Positions 27,137-35,990 of a stretch of 64,000 nt of DNA are shown piece by piece (position 1 is the first letter of the stretch; every line of letters begins with the position of its first letter). Made by a program: the position numbers and the translations under genes. The stretch is taken from positions 160,001 through 224,000 of the forward strand of contig OY782041.1 in assembly GCA_963677595.1 (NCBI GenBank), written 5' to 3'. The notes under the pieces were generated by a model. The model was not told the origin of the DNA. It was given only the letters and a program-made list of their open reading frames with translations, and ran no database searches. The DNA comes from Spirochaetia bacterium. Lineage in GTDB: Bacteria > Spirochaetota > Spirochaetia > CAKZLE01.

Positions 27137-29029
27137 ATGGACTATTTCGATCATGCCACTGGGATACGGGTCTGTGACCCGCAGCACGATCCTTTCGCAG
27201 GGACAGTCTGCACGACAGAGGCACTGCAGGAGGCCCTCAAGGGCTACATCCTCTCCGCTTCAGGCTGGAGGAACATCTACGCCGCGGACAAGGACGAGGA
27301 GAGCACCTCGCTAGAGATCTCGACAGCTGATGCCTACCTGACCGGTCTCATGGCCCTGGCCTTCGCTGACTTCATGGCAGGCAGGCGCTCCTGCGCACTC
27401 AGCGACCTGACCCTCCTCCTCGCCGCTGACACGAGGCCTACCGGCCCCGCGATCGCCGATATCTTCAACCGGGTGCTTCTCGCATCAGGGGTCACGGTGA
27501 AGTACTCCTTCATCGCTGCTGCCCCGGAAGCCATGGCCAACTCAGCGGTCTCCTTTGAGATCGACGGGTTCATCTATATCTCGGCAAGCCATAACCCCGT
27601 CGGATACAACGGCGTCAAGTTCGGGTATACCGGCAAGGTCATCGATGCGGGAGAGGCAGATGAGCTCATCAGAGCCTTCAGGACACTCTGCACTGACCAG
27701 GAAGCCATCGACAGGGTGCGGACTCTGTCTTCCCGGACACCCCTTGATACCTATGAAGCACTCCTCGAGTCGATCGACGGGTGCAAGGCGGAGTCCCTCG
27801 ACCAGTACCGTATGTTCACCGCTTCCGTAGCCTCCGGGTCCATGGGCATCTGCAGCCAGGACCAGGTCTACAACACGATCCGGGCGCTGGCCGACCGGGA
27901 GGGACTGGGAGTGGTCATCGATTTCAACGGGAGCGCGAGGACGCGCTCCATCGACCGTGACCTGCTCACCTCCATGGGAGTGAGCGTTGAGACCGTCGGT
28001 GAAGACCCCGGGGTCTTCACCCACCGGATCGTCCCTGAGGGGGAGAGCCTCAACACCTGCAGGGAACTGCTCGAGGACTCCTATATGCAGGATCCCTCCT
28101 ATCTCTTCGGCTACCTCCCCGACTGTGACGGTGACCGGGGGAATATCGTGTACATGGATGAGGCAGCCGGGAAGGCGAAGATCCTCGAGGCACAGGAGGT
28201 CTTCGCCCTTGCCGTGCTCTCCGAACTGGCCTTCATCACCTCGACTGCCCCGGAGGGGCCCCATGCGGTCGTGGTGAACGGCCCCACCTCGATGCGGATC
28301 GACGAGATCGCAGGAGCGTTCGGCGTCAGGGTCTTCAGGGCTGAGGTCGGGGAAGCGAATGCCGTGACGCTCGCACAGCAGCTCCGGGATGAGGGCTATA
28401 CCGTCCGGATCCTCGGGGAAGGGTCAAACGGGGGGAACATCACCCACCCCGCCTCGGTCAGGGACCCGCTCAACACAGCCGTCTCACTGCTCAAGCTCAT
28501 GGCGATCCGGGACACCCCGGAACAGCAGGGGCTCTTCAGCCGGTGGTGCGAAGCTTCCGGCCAGGCTGACCGGTTCACCCCCCACTTCTCCCTTGCCGAT
28601 GTCATCGCCACCCTCCCCGCCTATACCACCACCAGCGCCTATGAGCCGCGGGCGATCCTCAGGATCACATCCACCGACCAGGAGATCCTGAAGCAGCGGT
28701 ATGAGGGACTCTTCGAACGATACTGGGAAACCCATACTGAGGAGTTCAGGACCCGGGGCATCTTCTCCTTCGAGGAGATAAACACCGCGGGAACGGTAGA
28801 GACCCGCGGGTCGGGGAAGGAAGCAAGGCCAGCCTCGAGCACGGGAGGGCTGAAGATCCTCTTCTTCGATGAGGCCGGTTTGCCGGCTGCATATATCTGG
28901 ATGAGGGGATCGAAGACCGAACCGGTCTTCAGGGTGCTCGCTGACGTGCGGGGAGATGACCCGATCCTTGAGGAGTGGCTGCTGAGCCTCCACAAGCAGC
29001 TTATCGGTGAAGCAGACTCAGCAGAGTAA
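27137..29029 (+). CDS. Alpha-D-phosphohexomutase (PGM/PMM family)
   Basis: DTRPTG, SASHNP (phosphoserine), DCDGDRG metal loop, GEGSNGG, RGSKTEPVFR. Confidence 0.88.
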   Translation: MDYFDHATGIRVCDPQHDPFAGTVCTTEALQEALKGYILSASGWRNIYAADKDEESTSLEISTADAYLTGLMALAFADFMAGRRSCALSDLTLLLAADTRPTGPAIADIFNRVLLASGVTVKYSFIAAAPEAMANSAVSFEIDGFIYISASHNPVGYNGVKFGYTGKVIDAGEADELIRAFRTLCTDQEAIDRVRTLSSRTPLDTYEALLESIDGCKAESLDQYRMFTASVASGSMGICSQDQVYNTIRALADREGLGVVIDFNGSARTRSIDRDLLTSMGVSVETVGEDPGVFTHRIVPEGESLNTCRELLEDSYMQDPSYLFGYLPDCDGDRGNIVYMDEAAGKAKILEAQEVFALAVLSELAFITSTAPEGPHAVVVNGPTSMRIDEIAGAFGVRVFRAEVGEANAVTLAQQLRDEGYTVRILGEGSNGGNITHPASVRDPLNTAVSLLKLMAIRDTPEQQGLFSRWCEASGQADRFTPHFSLADVIATLPAYTTTSAYEPRAILRITSTDQEILKQRYEGLFERYWETHTEEFRTRGIFSFEEINTAGTVETRGSGKEARPASSTGGLKILFFDEAGLPAAYIWMRGSKTEPVFRVLADVRGDDPILEEWLLSLHKQLIGEADSAE

Positions 29030-29131
29030 TACATCTTCCAGTTGTTAAGTTCGCATGCTATACTTAAACCTACCGAAGGGATCCTCTATAATGGGTCCCT
29101 TCGGATCATCATTGACGAGAGGGAGGTTTAT

Positions 29132-30049
29132 ATGTACAGACACCTGTCACCTACTGACAAAGCGATCGAACACCGGCACCTTGAACAGATCCTCAACGTC
29201 TACCCGGACCTTGAGATCAGTTCCAAGCACTTCAATACAGATGGTTTCGCCAATGACATCATCACCATCAACGAGAAAACGATCTTCCGGTTCCCCAAGT
29301 TCTCCTGGGCCCTGGAAGACATGTACGGGGAGGCCCGATGCCTGGAGGTCGCAAAGCTCCATACGACCATGCGGCTCCCCTCCTGGACGATCCATAACGA
29401 TACGTTCATCAGCTACCAGAAGATCCAGGGAGATGCCATGCACCGCTGGCGGCTCCAGAAAGAAGCCCCCGAGCACATCGCAGGGGCTGCCCATGACCTG
29501 GGGACCTTCCTCAACGAGCTTCACAGCATCCCCATGAAGGAGTTGAGTTCTCACTCCATCAACCCCTCGAGTGTATCCCAGAGCTATGATGACTGGCTTA
29601 AGATGTATGATGATATCCAGCAGGAGCTCTTCCCGATCATGACCTCATCGACCCAGGACTGGGTCGAGACCCTCTTCAGGACGATCATTGCCGATAACAC
29701 CCTGATGGACTACAGTCCCAGGCTCGTGGTGGGGGAACTCACCTCTTCACACATCATCTTCAACTATGAGAAGAAGAGCATCTCGGGGATCATCGACTTC
29801 CGGACCTCCGGGATCGCTGACCCGGCTGTCGATATCGCCTATATCTTTGAGCAGTATGGGGAGTCCTTCGTGGAGATGATGCAGCAGACCTACCAGGGAT
29901 CGAAGAAGTTGATGACCCGGGCACGGTTCATCGCAGAGACGCTGCCACTGCAGTGGGCTCTCGGCGGCTTCAGGACGGGGAACCCCTACTGGTACCTGAT
30001 TGATCTCGGCAGGGAGCGGGGGTTCCGTTCAGCCTATATCAAGCCCTAA
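29132..30049 (+). CDS. Aminoglycoside-phosphotransferase-fold protein (possible pseudokinase)
   Basis: IFRFPK, LGTFLNELHSI, GIIDF...DPAVD; catalytic loop reads VGELTSSHI. Confidence 0.8.
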   Translation: MYRHLSPTDKAIEHRHLEQILNVYPDLEISSKHFNTDGFANDIITINEKTIFRFPKFSWALEDMYGEARCLEVAKLHTTMRLPSWTIHNDTFISYQKIQGDAMHRWRLQKEAPEHIAGAAHDLGTFLNELHSIPMKELSSHSINPSSVSQSYDDWLKMYDDIQQELFPIMTSSTQDWVETLFRTIIADNTLMDYSPRLVVGELTSSHIIFNYEKKSISGIIDFRTSGIADPAVDIAYIFEQYGESFVEMMQQTYQGSKKLMTRARFIAETLPLQWALGGFRTGNPYWYLIDLGRERGFRSAYIKP

Positions 30050-31353
30050 CCGAGCAGCCCCGCGATCGCAGCACCGAGGATCGGTGAGGAGTCGATCGTG
30101 ACGAACTCGTAGGACCGGCCGACATCCTTCCCCAGGAACTCGTGCAGGTACCATTCAGTATAACTCTTCAGGTTATGTGTCCTCGCGAAGGTCGTGCCGT
30201 CTGCATTGATGCAGACGGGATGCCTCGGGTCGGTCCCGTCACCGGACTTGATCACCGTTGCCGCGAGGTTCACGGCGGTGAGTTTCGCGGCCCGCTCGAT
30301 GACCCCGTCTAAGAGGCTGTAGGTGATCACCGCATCCTCCTCGGAGGTGCAGCAGGAGGCGAGGACCTTGCTGGTGTCGTAGGGGGTATGGAGGAAATCG
30401 TCCATGACGATGGTATTCATATCAGGGAGGTCCCTGGTGAAGTTCTCGGCGAAGCCGGGAGAGTAGAGCCCGCTCCTGACGGCTTCGGCGAGGACCGCAT
30501 GCCCGTATGCCCCGATATAGGCCCCGGAGATCAGTTTCTCGAAGTGGTAGACTGAAGGGTCCTTGGTACCTGCATAATAGGCACGGTCGAAGTCAGAGGC
30601 AGGCAGGGCGAAGTTCCCCGATTCGATGTTGATGATCTGGTGCCCGGCAGGGTCGAGCCCGGAGACTTTCTTGATGTTGCCGTTTGCTTCCGCGTAGCTG
30701 GTGTTGGTACCGGTGCCGAGGATGAACCCGATGTACCCGCTGTAGGGGATCTCCACCGGCTGGGCCTTCCCTGCGAGCAGGGTTGCGACCGTGTCATTGA
30801 GGAGGGTAAGCTGTTTGGGATCGGTGTACCCCCGACCGGCTAACTCATCGAGGAGTTCCTTCCCCACGTATCGACCGATCACCTCAGGGGCCTTGATCTC
30901 CTTGGAGAAGACGATGAGCTTCCCGTCGCGATCGCTTGTGATCTCCGCGGCATAGGAGAAGCAGAAGCCAAGCTGACTGCTCCTGGTGAATATCGGCTCT
31001 ACGGCATCGGCGATGATGCTGAAGAACTCATTCGCACTGACCTCGTGTTTGACACCCGGCATCCCCCGTTTGGAGAAGTCCGTGATCACAGGGCCCTTCT
31101 CAGAGGTGAAGTTCACGATGGCGGTACGCAGGTTGGTACCACCTGCATCTATGACGATGACTTCGGTGTCATGAGGGAAAGCATCCTTCATCTCTATATA
31201 GGTAGGGATCATCTGCAGGGAAGAGGGTTCCCCCTCTAAGCCCTTCCTCATCTCCTCAAGGAAGAAGTCACAGGTATCAGCTGTCGACAGCACTGATGGG
31301 TGGGCCCCTATATCCTTGAGGAACCCCGCTGCCCTCCTGATCGCCGCATTCAT
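30046..31353 (-). CDS. Hexokinase (eukaryote-type family)
   Basis: LQMIPTY, IDAGGTNLR, LGFCFSY, LNDTVATL, ILGTGTN, INIESG, FEKLISGAYIG, DG, LGAA. Confidence 0.92.
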   Translation of the reverse strand: MNAAIRRAAGFLKDIGAHPSVLSTADTCDFFLEEMRKGLEGEPSSLQMIPTYIEMKDAFPHDTEVIVIDAGGTNLRTAIVNFTSEKGPVITDFSKRGMPGVKHEVSANEFFSIIADAVEPIFTRSSQLGFCFSYAAEITSDRDGKLIVFSKEIKAPEVIGRYVGKELLDELAGRGYTDPKQLTLLNDTVATLLAGKAQPVEIPYSGYIGFILGTGTNTSYAEANGNIKKVSGLDPAGHQIINIESGNFALPASDFDRAYYAGTKDPSVYHFEKLISGAYIGAYGHAVLAEAVRSGLYSPGFAENFTRDLPDMNTIVMDDFLHTPYDTSKVLASCCTSEEDAVITYSLLDGVIERAAKLTAVNLAATVIKSGDGTDPRHPVCINADGTTFARTHNLKSYTEWYLHEFLGKDVGRSYEFVTIDSSPILGAAIAGLLG

Positions 31354-31741
31354 ATACACCTCCGCTAAACCGGTTTACTTTTCCCGTATTCTATCAGCAT
31401 ATACTCGACTTGTCCAGAAATGCATGCTATAAAAAATGAGGACCCCAGAGGATGAGGTCCCGCAGAAATGAGTAATGAGTAAATATGCTCCGTCTACAGG
31501 AATGATCATGTTATGGTGTCTTATGAACATCTCTGCAACGCAACTAGGTACATTGTACCCGTAATCCACCGATTGTCTATCATCCTCAAGTATGAGAACA
31601 CCTTTACGGGTGTTCAGTCTATTATGCAGAGTTCACGTACACACCCCCTCTCGAGAGGGGGTTGTATGATGCGAAGGATATACCCTCCCCTCCGGTGTGA
31701 ATCCTCACTCGATGGATTTTACACGAATATGTGCAGAGTCA

Positions 31742-31770
31742 TTGAAGAAAAAAAACAAATACCATAGAAT
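31742..31770 (+). promoter_or_regulatory. Sigma70 promoter of the SPT-like gene
   Basis: TTGAAG-N17-TAGAAT; AGGAGA RBS before ATG 31798. Confidence 0.6.
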
Positions 31771-31797
31771 AATGCAAATACCTTATAGGAGATACCC

Positions 31798-33003
31798 ATG
31801 GCAATACCAAGCCTTTTTGATAAATGCTACCAGTTTACCGCAGCTGAGGATAGCCGAAAAGCCGGTTCCTACCCCTTCTTCAAGCCTATCGAACGTTTCT
31901 CTGGATCACACGTGATCGTCGAAGGACGCGAACTGCTCATGGCAGGCTCGAACAACTACCTCGGCCTTGCCGTTGACGAGCGGGTGAAAGAGGCAGCCTG
32001 CCGTGCCGCCATCGAGTATGGCAGCAGCTGTTCGGGGTCACGTTTCATGAACGGGACCTTAGACCTTCATGAGAACCTCGAGAGGAGGATCGCCGCATTC
32101 ACGAGGAAGGAGGCAGCCCTCTGCTTCACGACCGGATACCAGGCGAACCTCGGGGCTGTATCAGCCCTGCTCGGCAGGGGCGACCACGTCTTCATCGACA
32201 AGAGCAGCCATGCCTCGATCTTCGACGGCCTCTTTCTGGCAACCGGCATGATGAAGCAGGTGAACATGCACCGCTATGCCCACAACGACATGGCTGATCT
32301 CGAGAGGAAGCTTGCCGAAGTGCCGCTGAAGGAGAACAAGATCATCCTGACAGACGGCGTCTTCAGCATGGAGGGCTGCATCGCGGACCTCCCCTCCCTC
32401 AGGAGGCTCGCTGATACCTATAATGCCGTCCTCTACCTTGATGAGGCACATGCCTACGGGGTGATCGGGAAGACCGGACGCGGTACCGAGGAGTATTATG
32501 ACTATGCTGCCGAGGCAGATATCATCATGTGTACCTTCTCGAAATCCTTCGGGTCGATCGGCGGCTTCATCGCCGGGGACTTCAAGGTCATCGACTACAT
32601 CAAGCATTTCTCCCGTGCGCTGATCTTCAGCGCGAGCATGCCCCCTGCGAACATCCTTGCGGCACAGACCTCCCTTGACATCATAGAGAGCGAACCTGAG
32701 CGGGTGCAGAAGCTGCAGCAAATCGCGAAGAAGATGATCAACGGGTTCTCCTCCATGGGGTTCAACATCCTGAAGACGACCACCCCGATCATCCCGCTGG
32801 TGATCGGCAATGACGAGAAGTGTTTCGAGTTCTGGCACAGGCTGTTCGAGAACAACATCTACGTCAACCCGGTGATCAGCCCTGCGGTACCGCCGAACAT
32901 GGCCCTGCTGAGGACCTCCTACATGGCGATCCATCAGGACGCTGAGCTTGACCATTTCCTCGAGGTGGCTGAGCGGGTCGGCAAGGACCTCGGGGTCATC
33001 TGA
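31798..33003 (+). CDS. PLP-dependent alpha-oxoamine synthase, probably serine palmitoyltransferase (BioF/Kbl not excluded)
   Basis: YPFFKPIE, GSNNYLGL, GSRFMNGTLDLH, HASI, DGVFSMEG, DEAH, TFSKS, IFSAS, TPIIP. Confidence 0.8.
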   Translation: MAIPSLFDKCYQFTAAEDSRKAGSYPFFKPIERFSGSHVIVEGRELLMAGSNNYLGLAVDERVKEAACRAAIEYGSSCSGSRFMNGTLDLHENLERRIAAFTRKEAALCFTTGYQANLGAVSALLGRGDHVFIDKSSHASIFDGLFLATGMMKQVNMHRYAHNDMADLERKLAEVPLKENKIILTDGVFSMEGCIADLPSLRRLADTYNAVLYLDEAHAYGVIGKTGRGTEEYYDYAAEADIIMCTFSKSFGSIGGFIAGDFKVIDYIKHFSRALIFSASMPPANILAAQTSLDIIESEPERVQKLQQIAKKMINGFSSMGFNILKTTTPIIPLVIGNDEKCFEFWHRLFENNIYVNPVISPAVPPNMALLRTSYMAIHQDAELDHFLEVAERVGKDLGVI

Positions 33004-33079
33004 CCTGCAGGCAGGAACGGATTACATCTATATACCCATTGAGAAATTGACGAGCGGGGAAAAAAGTATTATATATATA

Positions 33080-33251
33080 GTACGGTTTTCCCGGTAACCG
33101 GGGAAGCTGTTTGTGATCATGCTTATGGATGCATGAAGTTGCTGTTTCCTGACGTGACCCCACAACACGACGGGACAGGTAGCTGAATAAAGTGTATAAC
33201 AAAAAGTAATTGTACCTGAGTGACTTTAATGTATTTTCATGCTTTTTCTTT
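33080..33251 (+). ncRNA. Candidate structured non-coding RNA upstream of the 5-formyl-THF cyclo-ligase gene
   Basis: TTGACG promoter-like box at 33047; several hairpins; closing stem followed by a T-rich tract; no credible ORF. Confidence 0.4.
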
Positions 33252-33291
33252 CCATTGACTACCCTGTTCAATCAGGGTAGTCTCTTTATAT

Positions 33292-33870
33292 ATGGACATG
33301 AGAGAAGAGAAGTCCCGTACACGCACAGCCATCCTCAAGGACCTGCAGTCGCTTTCCCCAGAGCAGAGGAGGCAGAAGAGCACCCTCGCATCAGAGCGGC
33401 TGATCTCTTACCTCGAGGGCATCATGGGGCATTACGATACGATCCTCTCCTTCCTCTCGATGGGATCCGAGATCGAAACCGCAGGGGTGAACCGCTGGGC
33501 AGGAGAACATGCGATCAGGACAGCTTTCCCCAGGATAGAGGGTAAGGCGAAGGAGATGGTCTTCCGGGTCGCTGACCCTGCTGATAAGTCCCTCTTCGAG
33601 CTGCATCCCTACGGGTTCCTCCAACCGAAGGGGCGCCAGAGGGAGGTCGATACGGAGTATGCCGTGATCATCGTGCCGGGCATGGGGTTCACCCCGGACC
33701 ACCGGAGACTCGGCAGGGGCGGAGGCTATTATGACCGGTATCTGTCACAGCAGGGGACTGCAGTACTGACTGTCGGGTTCTGTTTCAGCGAGCAGCTCAT
33801 CGATGAGCTGCCGGTCGAAGAGCATGATTGGATAGTGGATATGGTCATCACCGATTCAGGGACGTTCTAG
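33292..33870 (+). CDS. ygfA: 5-formyltetrahydrofolate cyclo-ligase
   Basis: EKSRTR, SEIET, IVPGMGF, RLGRGGGYYDRYL, EEHD. Confidence 0.93.
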   Translation: MDMREEKSRTRTAILKDLQSLSPEQRRQKSTLASERLISYLEGIMGHYDTILSFLSMGSEIETAGVNRWAGEHAIRTAFPRIEGKAKEMVFRVADPADKSLFELHPYGFLQPKGRQREVDTEYAVIIVPGMGFTPDHRRLGRGGGYYDRYLSQQGTAVLTVGFCFSEQLIDELPVEEHDWIVDMVITDSGTF

Positions 33871-34382
33871 TCCTTCCCTGATGCATGGTCCTGCAGCAGG
33901 GAGAAATGCTGTGAGAGCATCATATGGAGGAACCTGTTGCAGGCCTCGAGCTTCTCATCACTGAAGTCCAGGTTCAGGTGCTTCATCAGCTCCTTGCGCA
34001 CATCGACATCCTTGATGAACCGCATGATCGCAGCAAGGGCCCGCAGGTAGTCTACCTGACTGAAGGGGGATGAACCGATGACGAAGAGCAGGTGCACCGG
34101 CTTGCCGTCAGGAGACTGGAAATCGATCCCCTGTTCCGAGATGCCGAGTCCCACATGGACCTTCTCGATCGAGGGCATCTTCCCATGGGCGATGGCCACC
34201 CCCCGGCCGATCCCGGTGGTCTCGATCCGCTCCCGGCGCAGTACTGCCCTGGTGAATGCGGGGATATCTGATATATCTGAAAAGACGGGACACAGCTGAA
34301 TGACTTCTTCGATGGCCTCGAATTTGTCGAGGCTCTTCACACAGCAGAGTACATCTTTATAATTATTCTCAACTTCTTCCAC
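33867..34382 (-). CDS. Stand-alone PTS EIIA component (Fru/Ntr family)
   Basis: RERIETTGIGRGVAIAHG (phospho-His), GIDFQSPDGKPVHLLF; GTG start 7 nt after TTGATA-N17-TATACT. Confidence 0.88.
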   Translation of the reverse strand: MEEVENNYKDVLCCVKSLDKFEAIEEVIQLCPVFSDISDIPAFTRAVLRRERIETTGIGRGVAIAHGKMPSIEKVHVGLGISEQGIDFQSPDGKPVHLLFVIGSSPFSQVDYLRALAAIMRFIKDVDVRKELMKHLNLDFSDEKLEACNRFLHMMLSQHFSLLQDHASGKD

Positions 34383-34440
34383 ATGTAACAGTATATGCAA
34401 ATAGCATTCGAATATCAATATATCCTCATCCTATTCAGGA

Positions 34441-34478
34441 AAAAGGGAAAGGCCTGCGGGGTTTCCCCTGCAGGCCGT
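34441..34478 (-). terminator. Intrinsic terminator of nfnAB
   Basis: Minus strand GGCCTGCAGGGG-AAA-CCCCGCAGGCC then TTTCCCTTTT. Confidence 0.7.
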
Positions 34479-34502
34479 CTTATCTGTTTACATACGAATG
34501 AA

Positions 34503-35990
34503 TTATTCTTCTTCGAGCATCTTATTGATCGACTCTGCCGCCTTGCGTCCCTGTCCCATGGCCAGGATGACGGTCGCCGCACCGAGGACGATATCGCCTC
34601 CGGCATAGACACGGTCGATGGAGGACTTGCAGTCCTCGTCGACGATGATGTTCCCCCACTTGTTCGTGACGAGCGCCTCAGTAGTCTGCTTGATCAGCGG
34701 GTTCGAGTCATTCCCGATCGAGACGATGACCGAATCGACGGGCAGCACTGACTCGCTTCCCTCGATAGCGATCGGTCTCCTCCGTCCGGAGTCGTCCGGT
34801 TCACCGAGCTCATACTGGAGCAGTTCAAGGCCGTTGACCCTGCCCTTCTCATCACCGAGGATCCGCTTCGGGCTGTGCAGGAGCAGGAACTCGATCCCCT
34901 CCTCCTTCGCATGTGCGACCTCCTCGACTCGGGCAGGCATCTCCTTCTCCGTTCTCCGGTAAACGATATAGACCTTTTCGGCACCAAGCCTCTGGGCAGT
35001 CCTTGCAGCATCCATGGCCACGTTCCCGCCGCCGAGGACAGCAACGACCTTCGAGTCATAGATCGGGGTAGCGGCATTGCGCGGGTCATACGCCTTCATG
35101 AGGTTGCTTCTCGTCAGGTACTCATTCGCGCTGAACACACCCACGAGGTTCTCACCCTCGATCCTCATGAACTTCGGGAGCCCGGCCCCGCTTCCTACGA
35201 AGACGGCATCGAACCCATCCTTCTCGATGAGGTCCATCAGCTTCCGAGTCCTCCCGATGAGGAAGTTGGTCTCAACCTTCACGCCCATCCTGGTGAGGTT
35301 GTCGATCTCCTTCGCCACGATCGCCTTGGGGAGCCTGAACTCCGGTATCCCGTAGACCATGACCCCGCCGGGCTTGTGGAACGCCTCGAAGATGGTCACA
35401 TCGTGACCTGCTTTCCGTATGTCGGCTGCAGCGGTGATGCCTGCAGGGCCTGAACCGATGACCGCGACACGCTTCCCTGTCGCAGGTGCGATCTCAGGCA
35501 TGCTGACATTCCCTGACTCACGTTCCAGGTCAGCGACATACCGTTCGATACGCCCGATCGAGACCGACTTCTCAACATCCTTCAGAGACTTCCCGACCGT
35601 GCAGTAGAGCTGGCACTGGGATTCCTGGGGACAGACTCGCCCGCAGATCGCCGGCAGGAGACTGCTCTCCTTGATGATATCGACCGATCCCTGGAAATCT
35701 CCCTGTGCGGCCTTTGCGATGAAGCCGGGGATATCGATGGAGACCGGGCAGCCCTTGATACAGGGTGCGGTCTTGCACTGCAAACAGCGCTCGGCCTCGA
35801 GGATGACCTGCTCCTCGGAGTACCCGAGGGCGACCTCCTCCATGTTCGTGATCCTGACGGCAGGATCCTGCGCCGGCATCTCCTGGCCGGGGATAGCCAT
35901 ACGGTCCCTCGGCTTGAGGGCTGATGTATCTAGTGAGCCCAGTATCTGGGCAGCTTCTTTCTGTAGTGCTTCTTTTGTCAGATGACTCAT
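34503..35990 (-). CDS. nfnB: NfnB/SudA/GltD-like large subunit of NADH-dependent ferredoxin:NADP+ oxidoreductase
   Basis: RCLQCKTAPCIKGCP, CGRVCPQESQC, GSGPAG, YGIPEFRLP, GGGNVAMD. Confidence 0.88.
   Translation of the reverse strand: MSHLTKEALQKEAAQILGSLDTSALKPRDRMAIPGQEMPAQDPAVRITNMEEVALGYSEEQVILEAERCLQCKTAPCIKGCPVSIDIPGFIAKAAQGDFQGSVDIIKESSLLPAICGRVCPQESQCQLYCTVGKSLKDVEKSVSIGRIERYVADLERESGNVSMPEIAPATGKRVAVIGSGPAGITAAADIRKAGHDVTIFEAFHKPGGVMVYGIPEFRLPKAIVAKEIDNLTRMGVKVETNFLIGRTRKLMDLIEKDGFDAVFVGSGAGLPKFMRIEGENLVGVFSANEYLTRSNLMKAYDPRNAATPIYDSKVVAVLGGGNVAMDAARTAQRLGAEKVYIVYRRTEKEMPARVEEVAHAKEEGIEFLLLHSPKRILGDEKGRVNGLELLQYELGEPDDSGRRRPIAIEGSESVLPVDSVIVSIGNDSNPLIKQTTEALVTNKWGNIIVDEDCKSSIDRVYAGGDIVLGAATVILAMGQGRKAAESINKMLEEE

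Noticed and set aside
29132-30049. Aminoglycoside resistance gene
   Set aside because: The catalytic HGD motif is absent and there is no mobile context
31436-31483. CRISPR-like array
   Set aside because: Only three degenerate 16-bp units, no unique spacers and no cas genes
31375-33545. Short ORFs in the spacers around the SPT-like gene (31375-31569, 31513-31767, 32996-33271, 33210-33545)
   Set aside because: No RBS, atypical codon usage, no motifs, and they overlap promoters or RNA-like structures
34503-35990. Glutamate synthase small subunit (GltD)
   Set aside because: No GltB large subunit is adjacent, and it is coupled to an NfnA/SudB-type gene, which indicates NfnAB
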